A DNA stretch of 64,000 nt. It comes from the human T2T-CHM13v2.0 reference genome, Homo sapiens. Every line of letters starts with the position of its first letter. The first letter of the stretch is position 1. This document shows positions 63,469 to 64,000 of the stretch, one piece after another. A model generated the notes under the pieces. It was not told the origin of the DNA. It saw only the letters and a program-made list of their open reading frames with translations, and made no database searches. The position numbers were made by a program, and so were the translations under genes. The stretch lies in NCBI RefSeq assembly GCF_009914755.1, contig NC_060925.1. One strand, given 5' to 3'.

Positions 63469-64000
63469 TGCTCTCTCTAAACCATTTGCGAGTACGCTGC
63501 GTATATTATGGCCCTTTACCTCTACATATTAATACTTCAGTATGTATTTCCTAAGAATAAAGATCTTCTTTTACACAACCCCAGTACGTTTAGCAATATC
63601 AGTAACTTTAACATTGATACAATGCTTCTATATAATTTATAGCAATTAGGGTTTTAATTAATGTTGGGCCATATTAATCACTTGATTGCAGATTCATTGA
63701 GAGCATCTGTAGTTCTGCATTTTGTGGTCAACAAGTGAAACTATTAATTTCCTTGGGAAGAAAATGCTTTAAACATCACTAAAATATAGCAAAAATAATA
63801 CTTTGTAAATTATGAACATTAAATAACCATAAATGAATTCTGATGAATAATGTCTTTATCATGATTATAAAATTTATAGTGAAAAAGATTTCAAGACATG
63901 TGGTGTAGGCAATATATTTGAAATTTAAGTTATCCCAGAAAATCTAGGCCCTATAATTTCCTTACTTGGCCAGCACATTATACATTAAACACACACACAC

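Overview
Human (primate) genomic DNA, recognisable as the RCOR3-TRAF5 locus (chr1q32), with both genes on the + strand. Bases 1-~9990 hold the 3' end of RCOR3 (CoREST3): part of an intron, the penultimate coding exon (6321-6562, second half of SANT2), the last exon (7025-7369) and a ~2.6 kb AU-rich 3'UTR. A repeat-rich intergenic gap (~10.0-20.2 kb) follows, then the TRAF5 CpG-island promoter and non-coding exon 1 (donor at 20500/20501), a 26.3 kb first intron, and coding exons 2-9 (46845-63202; 930 nt = 310 codons: RING, zinc fingers, start of coiled coil). The TRAF-C exons lie beyond the window. The rest is Alu, L1, L2, MIR, LTR and DNA-transposon relics. Most ORF-track entries are Alu/L1 or GC-rich artefacts. 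I do not see a new prokaryote-style system or an unknown protein-coding gene. The best leads are isoform- and regulation-level: a three-way RCOR3 C-terminal switch with a dual-frame last exon, TRAF5 phase-0 zinc-finger exons and a +30/+33 nt acceptor, upstream ATG/donor combinations that change TRAF5 initiation, a sense HERV-K-class solo LTR in intron 1, convergent CTCF-like motifs, and an old local duplication datable from nested transposons. Repeat subfamily names come from recalled consensus sequences, not a RepeatMasker run, and repeat boundaries are approximate.
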